Origin: Gracilinanus agilis
Taxonomy: Eukaryota
NCBI RefSeq assembly: GCF_016433145.1
Contig: NC_058133.1
Span: forward strand, 246,571,896 to 246,635,895
DNA length: 64,000 bases
Direction: 5' to 3'
Made by a program: the position numbers and the translations under genes. How positions within the stretch are numbered: position 1 is the first letter of the stretch; every line of letters starts with the position of its first letter. The notes beneath the pieces are model-generated. The model was not told the DNA's origin, made no database searches, and worked only from the letters and a program-made list of their open reading frames with translations. Shown piece by piece: positions 1 to 13,350 of the stretch.

Positions 1-914
1 TACCTCCAGAATCAAATACAATCTCCTCTGTTTACCATTTAACATCTTTTTAAAACCTGGCTCCAACCTACCTTCATTCTTATTAGACACCATTCCCTTT
101 CCTGCACTCTAGCTAAATAGGCCTTCTTAATGTTCATCACAAATAACATTCCATTTTCTGCCTGGACCTTTGTACTAGTAGACTTTCATGCCTGAGAATG
201 AAACCCCTTCCTCACCCTCCCACATCCAATTCTTAGAATTTTTTCAGAGTCAGCTGAAGCAGCAGCCTCTTCATGAAACTTTTCTAAATCCCTGACTCCT
301 AATCACCAGCTGCTAATATTCTTTCTTCTTTCCTCTGGTCATTCAGTTAATAAACATTTACTAAGTGCCTATTAGGTGCCAGAAATTGTGCAAATTGCTA
401 GGATACAAAGAGACAAAGATAGTCCCTGGCTTCAAGGAGTTCACAATCTAATGGAAACAATAAACAAGATAACCAGGAAATAATTTAAGAGAAGAGGCAT
501 TATAATTAAGAGAGGTTAGAGAGGGTTTCCTGTAGAAGATGGAATTTTATTTGGAACATAAAGGAAGCCAGTGAGGTCAGTAGGTAGAAATGAGAGAGAA
601 GAGCATTCTAGGCATGGGACATAGCCAGAGAAAATTCCCAGAGCAGAGAAATGGAGTATCTGGCTGATGGAGATCAGTGTCACTGTATGTAAGACTACAT
701 GGTAGGATGTAAGGTGTAAGAAGACTGAAAAGGATGAGAGGCTAGGCTATTAAGGGCTTTGAAAGCCAAACATAGGATCTTTGTTTTTTATTTTAGAGGC
801 AACAGGGAACCCCTGGAGTTTACTCAGTGGGAGGGAGAAGAAGGTTATATAGTCAGTTTTAGAAAAATCAGTTTAGTAGCTTAATAGAGGACATATTGGA
901 ATAAGGAGACTTTT

Positions 915-1011
915 TTTAATTTGGAAAATTTCATTTAATTAATTAATTTAAAATATTTTTCCATGGTTACAAGATTCATGTTCTTTCCCTCCCCTCCTCC
1001 CACCCCCCCAC
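915..1011 (-). mobile_element. L1 3' end fragment next to a gap
   Basis: aaaatatttttccatggttacaagattcatgttctttccctcccc is the reverse complement of the L1 3' terminus seen at 6590-6660. Confidence 0.7.
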
Positions 1012-2599
1012 NNNNNNNNNNNNNNNNNNNNNNNNNNNNNNNNNNNNNNNNNNNNNNNNNNNNNNNNNNNNNNNNNNNNNNNNNNNNNNNNNGCCCTGGA
1101 ATAAGGAGATTTAAGATAGGCAGACCCATCATTAAATATTTTAACAATCCAGATATGAGGTAAATGAGGGGTCTGTAGCACAGTGGTAGTAGCAGTGAAA
1201 AAAGAGAAGAGGGTGCATATTGGAGAGATGCTGGGAAAAAAATGAAATTTATAGGCCTTGACAACAGATTGGTTATGGGGAGGGTAAGAAGTAGTGAAGA
1301 GTCAGGATGTAAACTAGGTTGTAAACTTGAAGGCTAGTAATAGTGTTGAAAGTAGGAAGGGTTTAGGGAAAAGACAACTTTCATTTTGGACACGTTGAAT
1401 TTATAATGTCTAGTAGACATCAAGTTATGAGATATATATAAAAGGCAGTTGGAGGTCAACAGAGAGGTTGGGGCAGGATAGGTAGATGGGAGAATCATTA
1501 GCATAGAGGTCAGGGACTATTTCATTTTTGTCTTTGTAACCTCAGAGCCTCACACAGTACTTGACACACAGACATTTAATAAATACTTGCTGATTTATTG
1601 GTTGGATTGCCTTTGGGAAGTTGAGCTATGTTTTCAACAACCCCATGCATTTCTCTGACGCAAATGTCAAACTTATTAAATGCTTCTTTGAAATTCTTCT
1701 TGTAATACTGTATGACTCAATTATAGATCACTACAACTTCAGAAAAATTAAACTTGCACCTGAAGGGCAATGGTAAGATAGAGTGAGTCCACTATTATAT
1801 TATCAATGAAGAGGTGGACAATAAGAAATACATTCATCAGAAGTACATTCTTGGATAAAGCTGGACTGCTCTTGTGTTCAGTGATATCTTCCTAGAGGAG
1901 ATCCTCACTAGCACATTGAGGTTATGATGGGTATGGACAATAGTTGCATAGAATAGGGTGTGGTTGGGTTGTGCTCTGTACTTCTAGAAGAAATACCCAC
2001 ATCAATGATCTAGTTAACCCTCTAGGAACCAATAATTCCTAGGCAGGACAAAAATGAAGAGACTTGATCTATATTATTACTCTTTTCCAATATACTGGGC
2101 TTCCTCAGCACATCTAGTTCAGAATATTCCTGATATCTGTATACCATGGTGATAGGTAGGAAGTATAGAGAACCTGCTCTATAACCAGAGACTAATCTGA
2201 GTGGCCTAGGGTGGTCGTTGGATGCAAAGAATGAAACAGATTGGAAGCATGGCTTGTTAGCTCATAGTACTTCAAGAAATACTGAAGTAGCCACTTTATT
2301 ATAAAGGAAATTAAAGATCCCCTTCCCCCAAAAGCCCAAGAAAGTTTCCCACAGTTACAGAGAGCAGGATTTTTACTATAATCAAAACAAAAGCCTTAGA
2401 AGCCTCCAGATGTAGATAAAAAACCTATGCTAAACTATCAACTATATGTGTTATCTTTAAGTGAAGCCTGGGACACCTCGTTAGGCCGGAAAGCCCCATC
2501 AGTTTCTCGGCCTTGATGGTATTAAACAATTTTTTTGAGCCTCATTATTTTACTTTAATTCTGGGCAGAATGCCCTGCCAAGGGTGCGACCTTGGCTGT

Positions 2600-2757
2600 A
2601 CCAGCCATCTGTGTTCTCCGTCAAAGGGGAACAGAGTTAGCCCCCCTCCTGCTGGAGTGCTGAGAGCCCAAAGCTTTTTCAATAAGACTATAATGCATTT
2701 TGAAGGAAGGTGAGAATTATGAAAGGAATCAAAAGAGGAATCTCAGATTTTTATCTT
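2600..2757. repeat. Unclassified interspersed repeat (LTR-like), related to 13090-13236
   Basis: Shared blocks aaagc(t)ttttcaataag.c.a.aat and aaaaga/ggagtctc.gattttatc in both places. Confidence 0.5.
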
Positions 2758-3641
2758 AGATATCCCACTCCGGTTTCTCGACCCGAAAGGGAGAAAAACC
2801 AATACACAGCTCTGCCAATCTGTATTGATCTTTTGAGGGGGTCCAGATAAAAATATCTACTTGAGATTCTAATTTCTCTTAATAGCTCCTGACATATCCC
2901 CCTTCTCTTCAAAATAACATGATTTATTAGACAGGAAAACTTTGAATAATGAAAGAAGTCAAAATTGGTTATAATCATCAGTTATAGTTGGATCTGATAT
3001 GAATTACAGATCAAATTGTTTGTTTATGGCTCTCTACAAGGAAGGACTTTCTCATTTTTCTTATGTCTCTACCTTTTAGGGCTGATTCTCAAACGACAAG
3101 TCATATAATGAGGCAATGGGTAGAAGGAAGAACATAAATAAAAATTGGAATAACAGACAAGATTTCCTCCTCTGAATATCCTTCCTTTTTAGCATTGGGA
3201 AATCCCTTTCTAAAGAACCAGGGCTAAGTAAGAAATTCAATTCAATAAATGATTATTAAGTACTTAGATTATTTAAAGAATATGATATATATCTTGCAGA
3301 GGGCTCAGCAGCTGTAATTTCTTTTCCCTTCTCTCAGCCTCCTCTTCTCCTGGGTAAACCACTTGAAAATCCATTCCCCAGACCTCATAATCTCCACCTT
3401 TTTTTCATGTCTGTTCTCTCTCCACCTCCACTTCTCACAGGCCTGTAGCACTGCTCCCAATCAGAATAAGCAGTACCAAATAGGTCTGGTAACAAGAAAG
3501 GGAAAGATGACAAGTTGTCAAGCAGAAGAAAATAAATGAACCTCCCTGCTTTAACCACAGGATATCAACAATCCATTTGACTCAGGCTCTCTTTCATTTC
3601 TAGCCTCTGTGCCTTTACAATTAAAAGGAATCAAGACTCAC

Positions 3642-3872
3642 CTGCAACAAACCCAACGCAGGGCGCTGGCATCTCTCTTCTAACTCTGCTATCAGCTCTT
3701 CCAAGGAATGGCTCTGCTGAATCAGTATAGCCTTATTCTCCCTGAGCCTAGGTAGAGTCTCACTCTCTTCCTCCTCCAGCTTCTGCAGAAGCTTCTGCTC
3801 CTCCTCAGCCAAGAAGCGGCGCAGTTTATCAAACTCAGCTGTCACATTCTGTTTCTGACTCTCCACCATTTT
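3642..3872 (-). CDS. TRIM11: TRIM11 coding exon 3 (coiled coil), 231 bp
   Basis: tacag|AAA ATG GTG GAG ... TTG CAG|gtgagt gives [36 protein letters not shown]...[10 protein letters not shown], the typical 231-bp TRIM exon. The downstream 23-bp exon and PRY/SPRY exons were not found in 1-3641 and are probably left of the window. Confidence 0.92.
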
Positions 3873-4131
3873 CTGTACATTAAGAAAAGGACAGGAAAGC
3901 TCTGACCTAAGTCACCTCTGCATTTCTCCTTCTATATTCCCACTCTATATTACTAGTCAGTCAATATTTGTTCTTCCTACTTAAAAGTGCCTCAAAGGCA
4001 CATACTCTAAAGGCTTGTGCCTGTAGTTTCCTGGCCAGACTTGAAACAGCACTCCATTATCCCCCATTCCATTTTTCCCTTCAGTCACTGACAAGGTAGT
4101 AGGAAAAATTCTATTGCGGCTCATCACTTGC

Positions 4132-4227
4132 CTGCCAAATAGTACAGGTCTCCTCTCCCTGAGTCTGAAACTGTAGAGCTTCCTCCATTTGCTTCCTCAG
4201 GTGCTCCAGCAATTTCTCCAATTTGCC
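4132..4227 (-). CDS. TRIM11: TRIM11 coding exon 2 (coiled coil), 96 bp
   Basis: ttctag|GGC AAA TTG GAG ... ATT TGG CAG|gcaagt translates to [32 protein letters not shown] (human [32 protein letters not shown]). This is the typical 96-bp TRIM exon. The donor is GC, and the exon is not in the ORF track in this frame. Confidence 0.9.
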
Positions 4228-6002
4228 CTAGAAGAAAGATGAGATTGATTAAATCCTTCCTCAAGGTGTACTCATTAAGTTTTGTAATTTCTTTTATCAT
4301 CTCTACACACATGGCTCACAACCCTGTGGTTTAAGGCCCAGTTTCTTAACCCAAGGTTGTCTGGTATCTTTATTGGACTTTTATTTCTGTGTTCTACATA
4401 CAATGACCACCTCTGTTCTATACTTTTGTATTAGTTATCCCCATGCCTGGAATTACTCCCTCTATACATAGAACTCCTTAAGCTCTAGCAGCACCTTCTA
4501 CATGATCTTTTCATTGATGCTCCAATGTTAATGTTCCCTCTAACCACCTTCAATCTGTATGTTTTTATATATAAATAAAATGTGAGCTCCTTAAGCGCCT
4601 TCCTGACTCTTTCATCTGGAATTTCAGCGTAGGTCCCATTATCCTGATTGGTGACTGTTTCATCTAATTCATGATTACAGATAGGCTTCATTTTACGTTC
4701 TATTCCTAGTTATCTTCTCAAGAGTCTGGTCTTGTAGGTATGGAAATATGATCATCTCTGCCACTGCTCCAGTGGTTTCACAAATTATCCCTATAACTTC
4801 CAGAACCAAAGTGCTTCTCCCTCATTTCTACTCCTCTATATATGTTGTATTCCTAGAATAAAAGGTACTTGTAGGCAAAGACCATCTTTTCTTTTGCATT
4901 TTTCTCATCAGAGCTCAGGATGTATTTGTTCCCCCCATTCAATCCTTGAGTGAAGCTGGTTTTGGTTTTTGTATCTGTAGCTATTAAAACAATGCTTGGC
5001 ATAAAGTCTCATGATAAATGCTTGATTAATCAAACAAAGGCTTGATTTTCCTTGGAAGGCAATACATTGTCAATAAGTGACTGAACAGAATAAATAATAG
5101 GAAAATTAAACAGCAATTTTAATTTAATTTAAAACAGTAGGACAAAGGATGGTTTTAGGGAAGGGAGAAAGGCACAGCGGGTTTCAGCAATAATCTAGGC
5201 ACATGGTGGTAAGAAAAGACAGAGGGGAGAGAGATATTGCTAAAACAGAACATAGACCATAGTAAATGGGATCCCTCCTTTCCTTCCCCTCACAAATCAA
5301 TAAACAAGAATTTATTAGAACCAACTTTCCTGGCACATACACATAGTAGGCTGGTACTAAATACTAACTGACTGTGCTAAATGCTAAGGATACAAAAATA
5401 AGCAAAATTAGAAGGATATTTAAAGGGAAAAGGAAAGCAACAGCAATTAGGTGGAATCAAGAAAAGGTTCATGTAAACAATTCTAAGAGGCATTGCTGAG
5501 GAGTACAAAAGTACAGAAATAGGAAATGAAGTTTTATGTCTGTCTGAATCAGTTTGTTGAGACTGTAGTATGTGTAAAGGGGAGTGATATGTAATAAGGC
5601 TGGAAAAGTGGGTTGGAGCCAAGTTTGAAAAGCTTTGCAGAAACATACTAAAAACTAAAAAAAAAAAAAAAAAAATTTCATTAAAAAAATCAAAATACGT
5701 GCCTAGTCTAAAAATCCTTTCCAGACTTTTGCCCTTTGGAAAGTATATAAGACAAGAACAAAATTGGATTATAGGTGGAAATAAAAATTTTTAAAAAAAG
5801 TACTGGTCTAATTGAGATCGGTGCCTTCCTCACCCTCTGAAATGAAGGGTTCATCTAAACAATATTCTCTCTCCATCTTTCCTGAAAGGATCAGGGTATA
5901 TCTGATTTAGGAAAGAGGTCCCTTTGATTACCACAGATCACCAGTATCCAGCGTGGGGCGGCAATAGAGATGATGGAGATGCCTTTAAGAAAAGCAGTCA
6001 CA

Positions 6003-6669
6003 TGAAATACTATTGTTCCAAAAGGAGTAATGACCTGGAGAAATTCCACGCGAAGTGGAATGACCTCCAGGATTTGATGCAGAGTGAAAGGAGCAGAACT
6101 AGGAGAACACTGTACACAGAGACTGATATACTGTGGCACAATCTAACATAATGGTCTTCTCTACTAGCAGAAATGCAATGATACAGGACAATTCGGAGGA
6201 ATTTATGAGAAAGAATGCTCTCCACATCCAGACAAAGAAATGTGGGAGTAGAAACACAGAAGAAAAACATTTCCTTGATCACATGGTTCGATGGGGTCAT
6301 AATTGGAGATGTAGACTCTAAATCAGTGATTCCCAAAGTGGGTGCCACCGCCCCCTGATGGGTGCTGCAGCAATCCAGGGGGAGCCGTAATGGCCACAGG
6401 TGCATTTGGGGGTGAATAACTGTAAGGGGGCAGTGATAGTATGTGACAGGGGGCGCTAAGTAATATTTTTTCTGGAAAGGGGGCGGTAGGCCAAAAAAGT
6501 TTGGGAACCACTGCTCTAAATGATCACTTTATTGCAAATATTACTAATATGGAAAATAGGTCTTGACCAATGATACATTGGCTACAGGAAGGGGGAGGGA
6601 GGAGAGGTGAGAAAGAATATAAATCATGTAACCATGGAAAAATATTCTAAATTAATTAATTACTTTTTA
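6003..6669 (+). mobile_element. 5'-truncated L1 (ORF2 end + 3' UTR) in TRIM11 intron 1
   Basis: Marsupial L1 3' sequence; 13-bp TSD AAAAGCAGTCACA at 5990-6002 and 6670-6682. Confidence 0.85.
6324..6513. mobile_element. hAT (Charlie-type) MITE, 190 bp, inserted in L1
   Basis: TIRs CAGTGATTCCCAAA / TTTGGGAACCACTG; perfect 8-bp TSD CTCTAAAT. Confidence 0.92.
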
Positions 6670-9600
6670 AAAAGCAGTCACAAACAAGGATGAAAGGTTC
6701 CCTGGCTTTTTGTAAAAAAGAGCTCCTGAAAGATTATGTGCTGGCTCTCTCAAAAACATTTTTTATCTTAATTGTGACATTTTTCTTCCTTGTTCAAGAT
6801 TCCTGAATTATCTCGTTTCCTTGGGGGAGAAAGATGTTTGAGGACATGCAGTGGAGAGACTGTCAAATGGGACATTTCTCTCTAAGACAGATATGTTTTA
6901 ATAATGTGAAATGAATAAAGACTGTTTCCGGTAGACTTGCTCCTAAAACAGAGTACTATATTAATATTTTCCATCAACTTTAAATACCAAGCAGAATTGA
7001 TATTTGATCTTATACATATCACTAACCAAAGCAAAAATCTGTTTGAACATGACAAAAATTGACAATAGAAGTTTTAACAAGAATGTTTAGTTTTGGACAT
7101 GCCATTTGGGTGTTAACTAGATTCCCAGTTAGGTAATTTACATAAATTGGATTTGGGAGTGATATGAGAGTGACAGCTGATGCTTTAAGTAAGTGAGATT
7201 GCTCAGGGAAAATACAAAGAAGAAACAGTAAAGAGGAGTACCATGACATGATTGGTTGGGACAAAAAAATCAGTCAGAAAAGGAAGAGTAGGAAAACCCA
7301 GTTTATCGATGCTGTCAATGGAGTATTGTCAACCAATCAAAAATATTTAATGTTTGCTATTTGTAACACAACATGCTACGCACAGGGGTAATAAAATCCA
7401 AAAGCCAAAATATTCTACACTTTCAAGGGGCTTACATAAATGCTGCATAAAGGTCAGACCTTAAGCGATTTACTTTGCGTGACACTGAGAAAGTCATTTA
7501 ATCTGTTAACTCAGTTCCCTCAACTGTAAAATGAGAATAATAATAGCACCTACCTCACAGAGCTATATTGTGAAGCATTTGTAAATTGTTTATTAGCACA
7601 AGGCTTGGCACAAAGCAGGAGCTACTTATTTCTCCCACTACTACTCCCCCATTACTAGATAAGATAGTGAGGAAGTATTATAAGACTATTTTTTCAAAAA
7701 GTTTTGTTATAAGGGAAAGAAAAAGATGGGATAACAAGTAAAGGAATTGAAAGATTCAGGGTTTTTTAGGAAAAGCAAGACCTCATATATTTTCAGGTGG
7801 ATTAAGAAGCCAGTAGAAAAGAACTACTGAAGGTGTCTAGAATAAAGGTGGGGGGGAATTGTGTGTGCAGGATAATAAAATTTTAGGGAAGGCAGGAGAG
7901 GTCAAGTATATGGGCAAAATAATTAATAACTAGCCTCAATGGGCATAGGTATCCTTTTCCAAGAGGGAAGGAGAAAACAGGGGATAATACTGAAGAGTGA
8001 AAGAAGATAGCTGAGGGATGGCTTATGAAGTAAAAGGGGATGTTAAAACACTTTCATCACTGCTTGGAGGATTAATATACAAAACCTTCAGTTTAGTTGA
8101 CATATATTTTAGTTTGTCTTACTGAACTTGACTTTCCACTGCTCGGCATCAACCCTGGACCCTATCCAGGGTTGGTCTGATTTTATTTCAAGTCCCAAAC
8201 ATGCTATCCTCTCCTCAATTTTCAAATCACTACTCATCCTTCATGCCCCAATTCAAGCCATCTTCTTTTCTTGCTTTCCACTTCATCGTTCCCTCATCAG
8301 TCCTTCTGATAGTAATTTGTCCTTTCTCTGATCTACTTTAATTAGTCAAACCAATTATTCTGGCCCTTAATCATATCCTTTATACATATTGTAATGTTGT
8401 ATTACTACACATAAGACCTGAGGTTCCCTGAGGGCAAAGGCTTTGTCAAATATTTTATGTTTCTTGTAACACCTAGTACAACTGTGTACATGAAAGCTGC
8501 TAAATATATGCTGTTAATGAAATGACTAACTTATTATTATTAAGGAGACTATGACTTTGATTTTGTTGTCTAGTAACATCAGGAATGGTCCCTGGCTAGG
8601 CATTAAGAAATGCAACAGAATCCATTCTTGCTCCACATACTTTTCAGCTTTCAGGGGCCAGGAACAAGCTTTTTATTAAGCTCCTACTTTGTGCCAAGCA
8701 CCTACTAAACACTTTACAAATATCATTTCGTTTGATCTCATTTTGATATTCCAACAATCCTGTAAAGTAAATGCTACTTTTATCTTCATTGGACAGTTAG
8801 GAGACAAAGGAAACTCATCTTGGATTTCAACTCTTGTCTTCCAGACTCCACATCCCTCGATCTATTCAGGGCATGCCTAGCAGCCTCATAGCAGAACTGA
8901 TTAGAGGAAAGGCTCAGAACTCAAAACTATCTAATTTAAGAAAGCACAGCAACTGCATTTGAATTGCACTGATTTTAAAATAAACCTCGACTCTTGCTCT
9001 CCTCCCAAGAGCTAAAAGATTGACAAGCGTTTGTTTAACCTTTCTTTTAATCGAGGCTCTCTGCCTGAAAGCTTCTGTTTGTTCCAGTTCGTTAGATTTT
9101 TCTCCCATTGACACTTTCAAGGATCTTCTAGGTGTGGATACTTCCTCCACCAAATCAAGATCCTAGACCTGCAAATGGAACTACCAATGGTCAGTTAGAG
9201 AAATTAAACTCAAGCTTATGTAAAAAGACTGGTAGTACAGTGGAGGGAAGGGACAGTGGCTTTGGAATTAGACCTATGTCACTTATTGTGTGGCCCTGGT
9301 CAAATCACAATCTCTCTGGGCCTCAGCTTTCTTTGGCGGGGTAGGGATGCAAGGATTGGATTACAAGGCCTCTCAGATTCCTTCCAGATCGAAATCTAAG
9401 ATTCTATTGGGAGGAAGTCTCCGAACTTGGCCGGGCGATGCTCTTCAGAGAAAAACAGACACATGTCACCTGCCCCTTGAAATAGTCAAGTATGATAAAT
9501 TCTCTTCAAAGTTTATCTTGGGGCAGAGCTGCAAGATTAAGTTTATCTGATGTTCTCTAGACCCAAAAGGATCTAAAAAAGGACAGCGCCCAGTACCAGA

Positions 9601-9699
9601 GATCTGAGTTCTGTTAAAATTAGTGAAGTGGGTAGGGCCCCAGGGTTCCGTCCCCCTTTCCACGCCAGAATGGTTAACGGGTTGGTCCCAAGCCCCGCC

Positions 9700-11050
9700 T
9701 TCGATTCAGGTGGGGGCACCAGCTCTGCCATTCATCAGGTTTAACTACGGAAAAGTCACCTCCTCCTTCTGGGCTCGTTTCCCGTCCGGCCCCGGCCCTC
9801 GGGGTTCCGCCTCACCTTGTAGTCTTCTGCGGCTTCCTCGATTTGGGATACCCGGTGGGTCCAGTGGTCCCGGGAGCGCTCGCACACGAGGCAGAGAAGC
9901 GCCTGGTCATCTTCGCAGAAGAGCTTCAGAGGCTCTCGGTGCCTGCCGCACAAACCCTGGGGCACAGGAGACGGCGGGTGCAGCTGCCGGGCCATCTCGG
10001 CCATCTTGGCCAGCGGTCGGTTAGGCCGCAGGTTCCTCTGCGGTGACATCTCCCTACACTCCGGGCACGGGAACGGGCCCTCAGCCTGTCCCCAGCAGCG
10101 GCTAATGCACTCCCGGCAGAAGTTGTGGCCGCAGTCGGTCATCACCGGATCTGTGAAGTAGTCCAGGCAAATAGCGCAGGTGGCTTCCTCCTGGAGGTTC
10201 GCAGATAGGTCGGGGGCCGCCATGGCTGCAGCTGAGAGGAGGCACGAGGGTCCGTCTGTCTGGCAGCTATAAACTATTGCGGAGGGTTAGAGGCGAAAGT
10301 CCCCAAGCCTCCTAAAGCGAGCGCCGAGGTGAGCTCGGGAAGCAGCACATCCCACAGCCAGCCCCCGGCAAGTACGCGGAACGAGCCCTGAGGGGAGAAG
10401 CACGGAAGCTAGCAGCCAGTCTCGAGAGCTCCAGACTATGGCCAAGCTACCCTCTCTGGGTAGCTTCCTCCCGGGATTGGAGCAGTGACAGCCTCCAGGT
10501 AGAGATCCACAAAAACAATTCGCTAACCGGGTAGGATGTACAGAGTTTCTATAACTAGAAAGAAGTCGAGAGGTCGCGCCCAAGACCCGACACCTCTACC
10601 ATCCTACGCAAAGGGGTTGGTCCGCAGAAAAAGCCCAGAGGGAACTGGAGGAGTATCGGGAAAAGCAGCGGCCGGAAAAGTAGAAGGCGGAAGCAAGAAG
10701 ACGCAAGCTCCCCCCCCCCCCTTTTTGGAACAACCCGCTTCGTTTCGGATTGGCGGGTTCCTACCACGGGATCTCGGCGTGCTAAGAGAGCACTTTCGAT
10801 TGGACAACGTTCTGCAGGGTCGTCGTTGTCACTGCATTCTGGGAAATGGAAGTTCGAGGTGTTTGCGGGGTTAGCTTGAGACGATCTGTTTTTTCTTTCC
10901 AGTGGGCAGTTGGAGAAGTTGGAAATAATTTCACTAATCTCTCTGTAGCCTGGGTCCGCTCGCTTACCTGTGTTTTCGTGACACTTCTCTATAGTGGTTG
11001 TGTCCTTGTAGCTACTAGGTGGCGCAGTGGATAGAACTCGGGGCTCTGAG
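9700..11050. promoter_or_regulatory. CpG island / TRIM11 promoter region
   Basis: High GC and CpG density against an AT-rich background, spanning exon 1 and upstream; ATTGG (CCAAT) motifs near 10749 and 10799. Boundaries approximate. Confidence 0.75.
9816..10223 (-). CDS. TRIM11: TRIM11 coding exon 1 (RING + B-box2), 408 bp, 136 codons
   Basis: [36 protein letters not shown]...[10 protein letters not shown]...EEAAEDYK closely matches the human TRIM11 N-terminus. C3HC4 RING and B-box Cys/His are present. Donor AAG|GTGAG at 9816/9815. Confidence 0.93.
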
Positions 11051-11560
11051 TTCATATCCAACCGGAGACACTCAGCTGTGTAACCCTGGGCAAGTCACTT
11101 AATCGATTTGCTCCGGTTTCCCCATCTGTAAAACGAGGATGATAACTCCGCTTACTTACCAGGGTTGTTGATCCTGGGCAAGTCACTTAACCTCTTTCCT
11201 TCAATTTCCTCACCTGTAAAATGGGGATAATAATAGCATCTACCTCCCAGTGTCACGAGGATGAAGTGTGATAATAACTGTAAAGTACTTAGCAAGTGCT
11301 ACATAGTTGTATTTTATATATTTGTCGGAATAATCCTTGTATGAATGTATCCAGGGTTCTGATCCAGGCTGTCTCTTCTTAAGAAGCCGCTAGGTGGTGC
11401 ATTGGCTAGAGTGCTGGGCCTGAAATTAGGTAGACGAGTTCAAATTTGTTCTCCAACATTTTACTAGCTCTGTGATCTTGGGCTTACCATTTAACCTCTG
11501 CTTCAGTTATCTCAGCTGTAATAATATCTCACAGAGTTATAAGGACCAAAGACAATATTT
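11008..11560 (+). mobile_element. Cluster of MIR/MAR1-type CORE-SINEs
   Basis: ctaggtggcgcagtggataga heads; ctgggcaagtcacttaa..catctgtaaaatggggataataatagc cores. Boundaries approximate. Confidence 0.75.
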
Positions 11561-13267
11561 CCAAAATTAAATATGCTTATTCCCTTCTCTTTCTCCTTCC
11601 TTATTCCTTCCTTTTCCTAACCCAGCCTCTCCTTTGCTCAGAAAACTTCCCCTTTGACTTTAAGTTAAATTACAGTCCTCTGATTAGCATTTTAAATCGA
11701 CTCAGTCTGACCCCAGGCTATTTGTTCTGGTTTACTACACTTCTTGGATTTATAATAAGAAAATTTCTGGCTCAAGTTTCTTGCCTTCTTTTGCTTCAGA
11801 CTCTCTTAAACTTCCTGCCACTGTTTTGTTTGAAGCCAGATTTTGTTTCCTGCTGAAATTCGAAAAAATCAGTCTTAAGAAGTAAAATATATCGCCGCTT
11901 TTAACTAATTGGTTCCCTGGCCTTCCTGTTGAAGACATGCATATCTTCCCCTTCAGTTACCAGTTTCCTGATTTGTGAACCTTCCCCTTCTGCTCTCCGC
12001 AAAATTCATTGTACTCATCGTGCTTATATATTTGAAGTCTATAATGATGCTCAGGGTTCCCTAAATGACTGGTCAGAATTCAGGGCAACCTGTGCTCTGA
12101 GTAGTTGGGCAGCAGTACCTAGTCAGCAGTAATTTTATGATAGATTCTCTTTCGAATTTTGGTCACAGATTCAGCTATTATCTAATGCATATGACTCCCA
12201 ACTCTTCCAGCCCTCATTTGTTCAGCTGTTGTCCCACATCTCCAATTCTCCTAGACATCTCCACCCAATTCTCAAAATGAATGTGTGCAATACTCAGCTC
12301 ATTCACCTTCATCCCAAACCTGCTGCTTTTCCTAACTTTCATGTTTCTGTGACCTGTACCAAATAATGATCCACTCACTCCCACAGAACCAATGAGTTAA
12401 GTCTTATCAGTTTTACTTCCTCATCTCTCTAACCTGTCCCTTCCCTCAGACTAACTAAATCACCCCTAAATCCTAAGATGACCTGTCACTTAGATTGTTA
12501 TAATAGCTTCCTAAATGTATTTTCTCAGAATCTAATTTTGCCCCCTTTGATCCATTCTTCACATGGCTATCAAAATGATGTTAAAGCACAAACCTAACCC
12601 TCTTTCTCCTCTCCTCTAAGAAATCATAAGTGGCTTTCCCTTGCTTTTAAGTTAAACTACAGTCCTAAATTCAATTCAATCTTGGTCAAGACTTTTTTTT
12701 TTTCAATTCTTACCTTCTGTCCTAGAACCAATATGTTCAGATCTCTTTATCATCTCTGATAATCTGATAAGGACAGTTTAGTTGATAAGGAAATAACAGG
12801 ACACTGAACATCTTTTACCTCATGCTTCCAGCTCTGGCTCCAAGAGCATGGAGTTTATTATATATATTTCAAGACTCATTTCACACAAATCCCGCCCCCC
12901 CGAACTTTGCATATGCACAGAAGTTACAAATTATGTCACATCAAAACACAAAACATTGGCTTCAGAATAGACCAAGGCCAAGGCTGAATTTTTACTGGGT
13001 TCTTATCAGGAAGCCAAGTTGGGGAGTATCCCTCTCAGGGTCAAATTGCCCCTGCTAAGATTTTGGCCTTGGCTATACCAGGCAGCAGCATTCCTGGTCA
13101 AAGGGGAACAGTGTTAACCCTTTAAATTCAGGTTTGCTAGGAACTTAAAGCTTTTCAATAAGGCCACAATACTTTTTCAACAAGAAATCACAAGGATCAC
13201 AAAAGGGGTCAAAAAAGGAGTCTCGGATTTTTATCTATTCTCTTATTGGCTTCCCACACCAATATAG

Positions 13268-13350
13268 GAAATGTCTCAGGCCAGATATGAACCAGGACCT
13301 CCCATCTCTAGGCTTGACTCTCAATCCACTGAGCCAGCCAGCTGTCCCCA
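13268..13350 (-). mobile_element. 5' half of a SINE1_Mdo-type SINE
   Basis: tgtctcaggccagatatgaaccaggacctcccatctctaggc...ccactgagcc. Confidence 0.7.

Noticed and set aside
2109-2139. Minus-strand GATATCAGGAATATTCTGAAC (DIRNILN) as candidate 23-bp TRIM11 exon 4
   Set aside because: It lacks a correctly phased AG acceptor and GT donor and is followed by TAG; probably chance.
9623-11061. Several 60-170 aa ORFs around the TRIM11 CpG island
   Set aside because: Expected in GC-rich sequence; low complexity and no recognisable domains.
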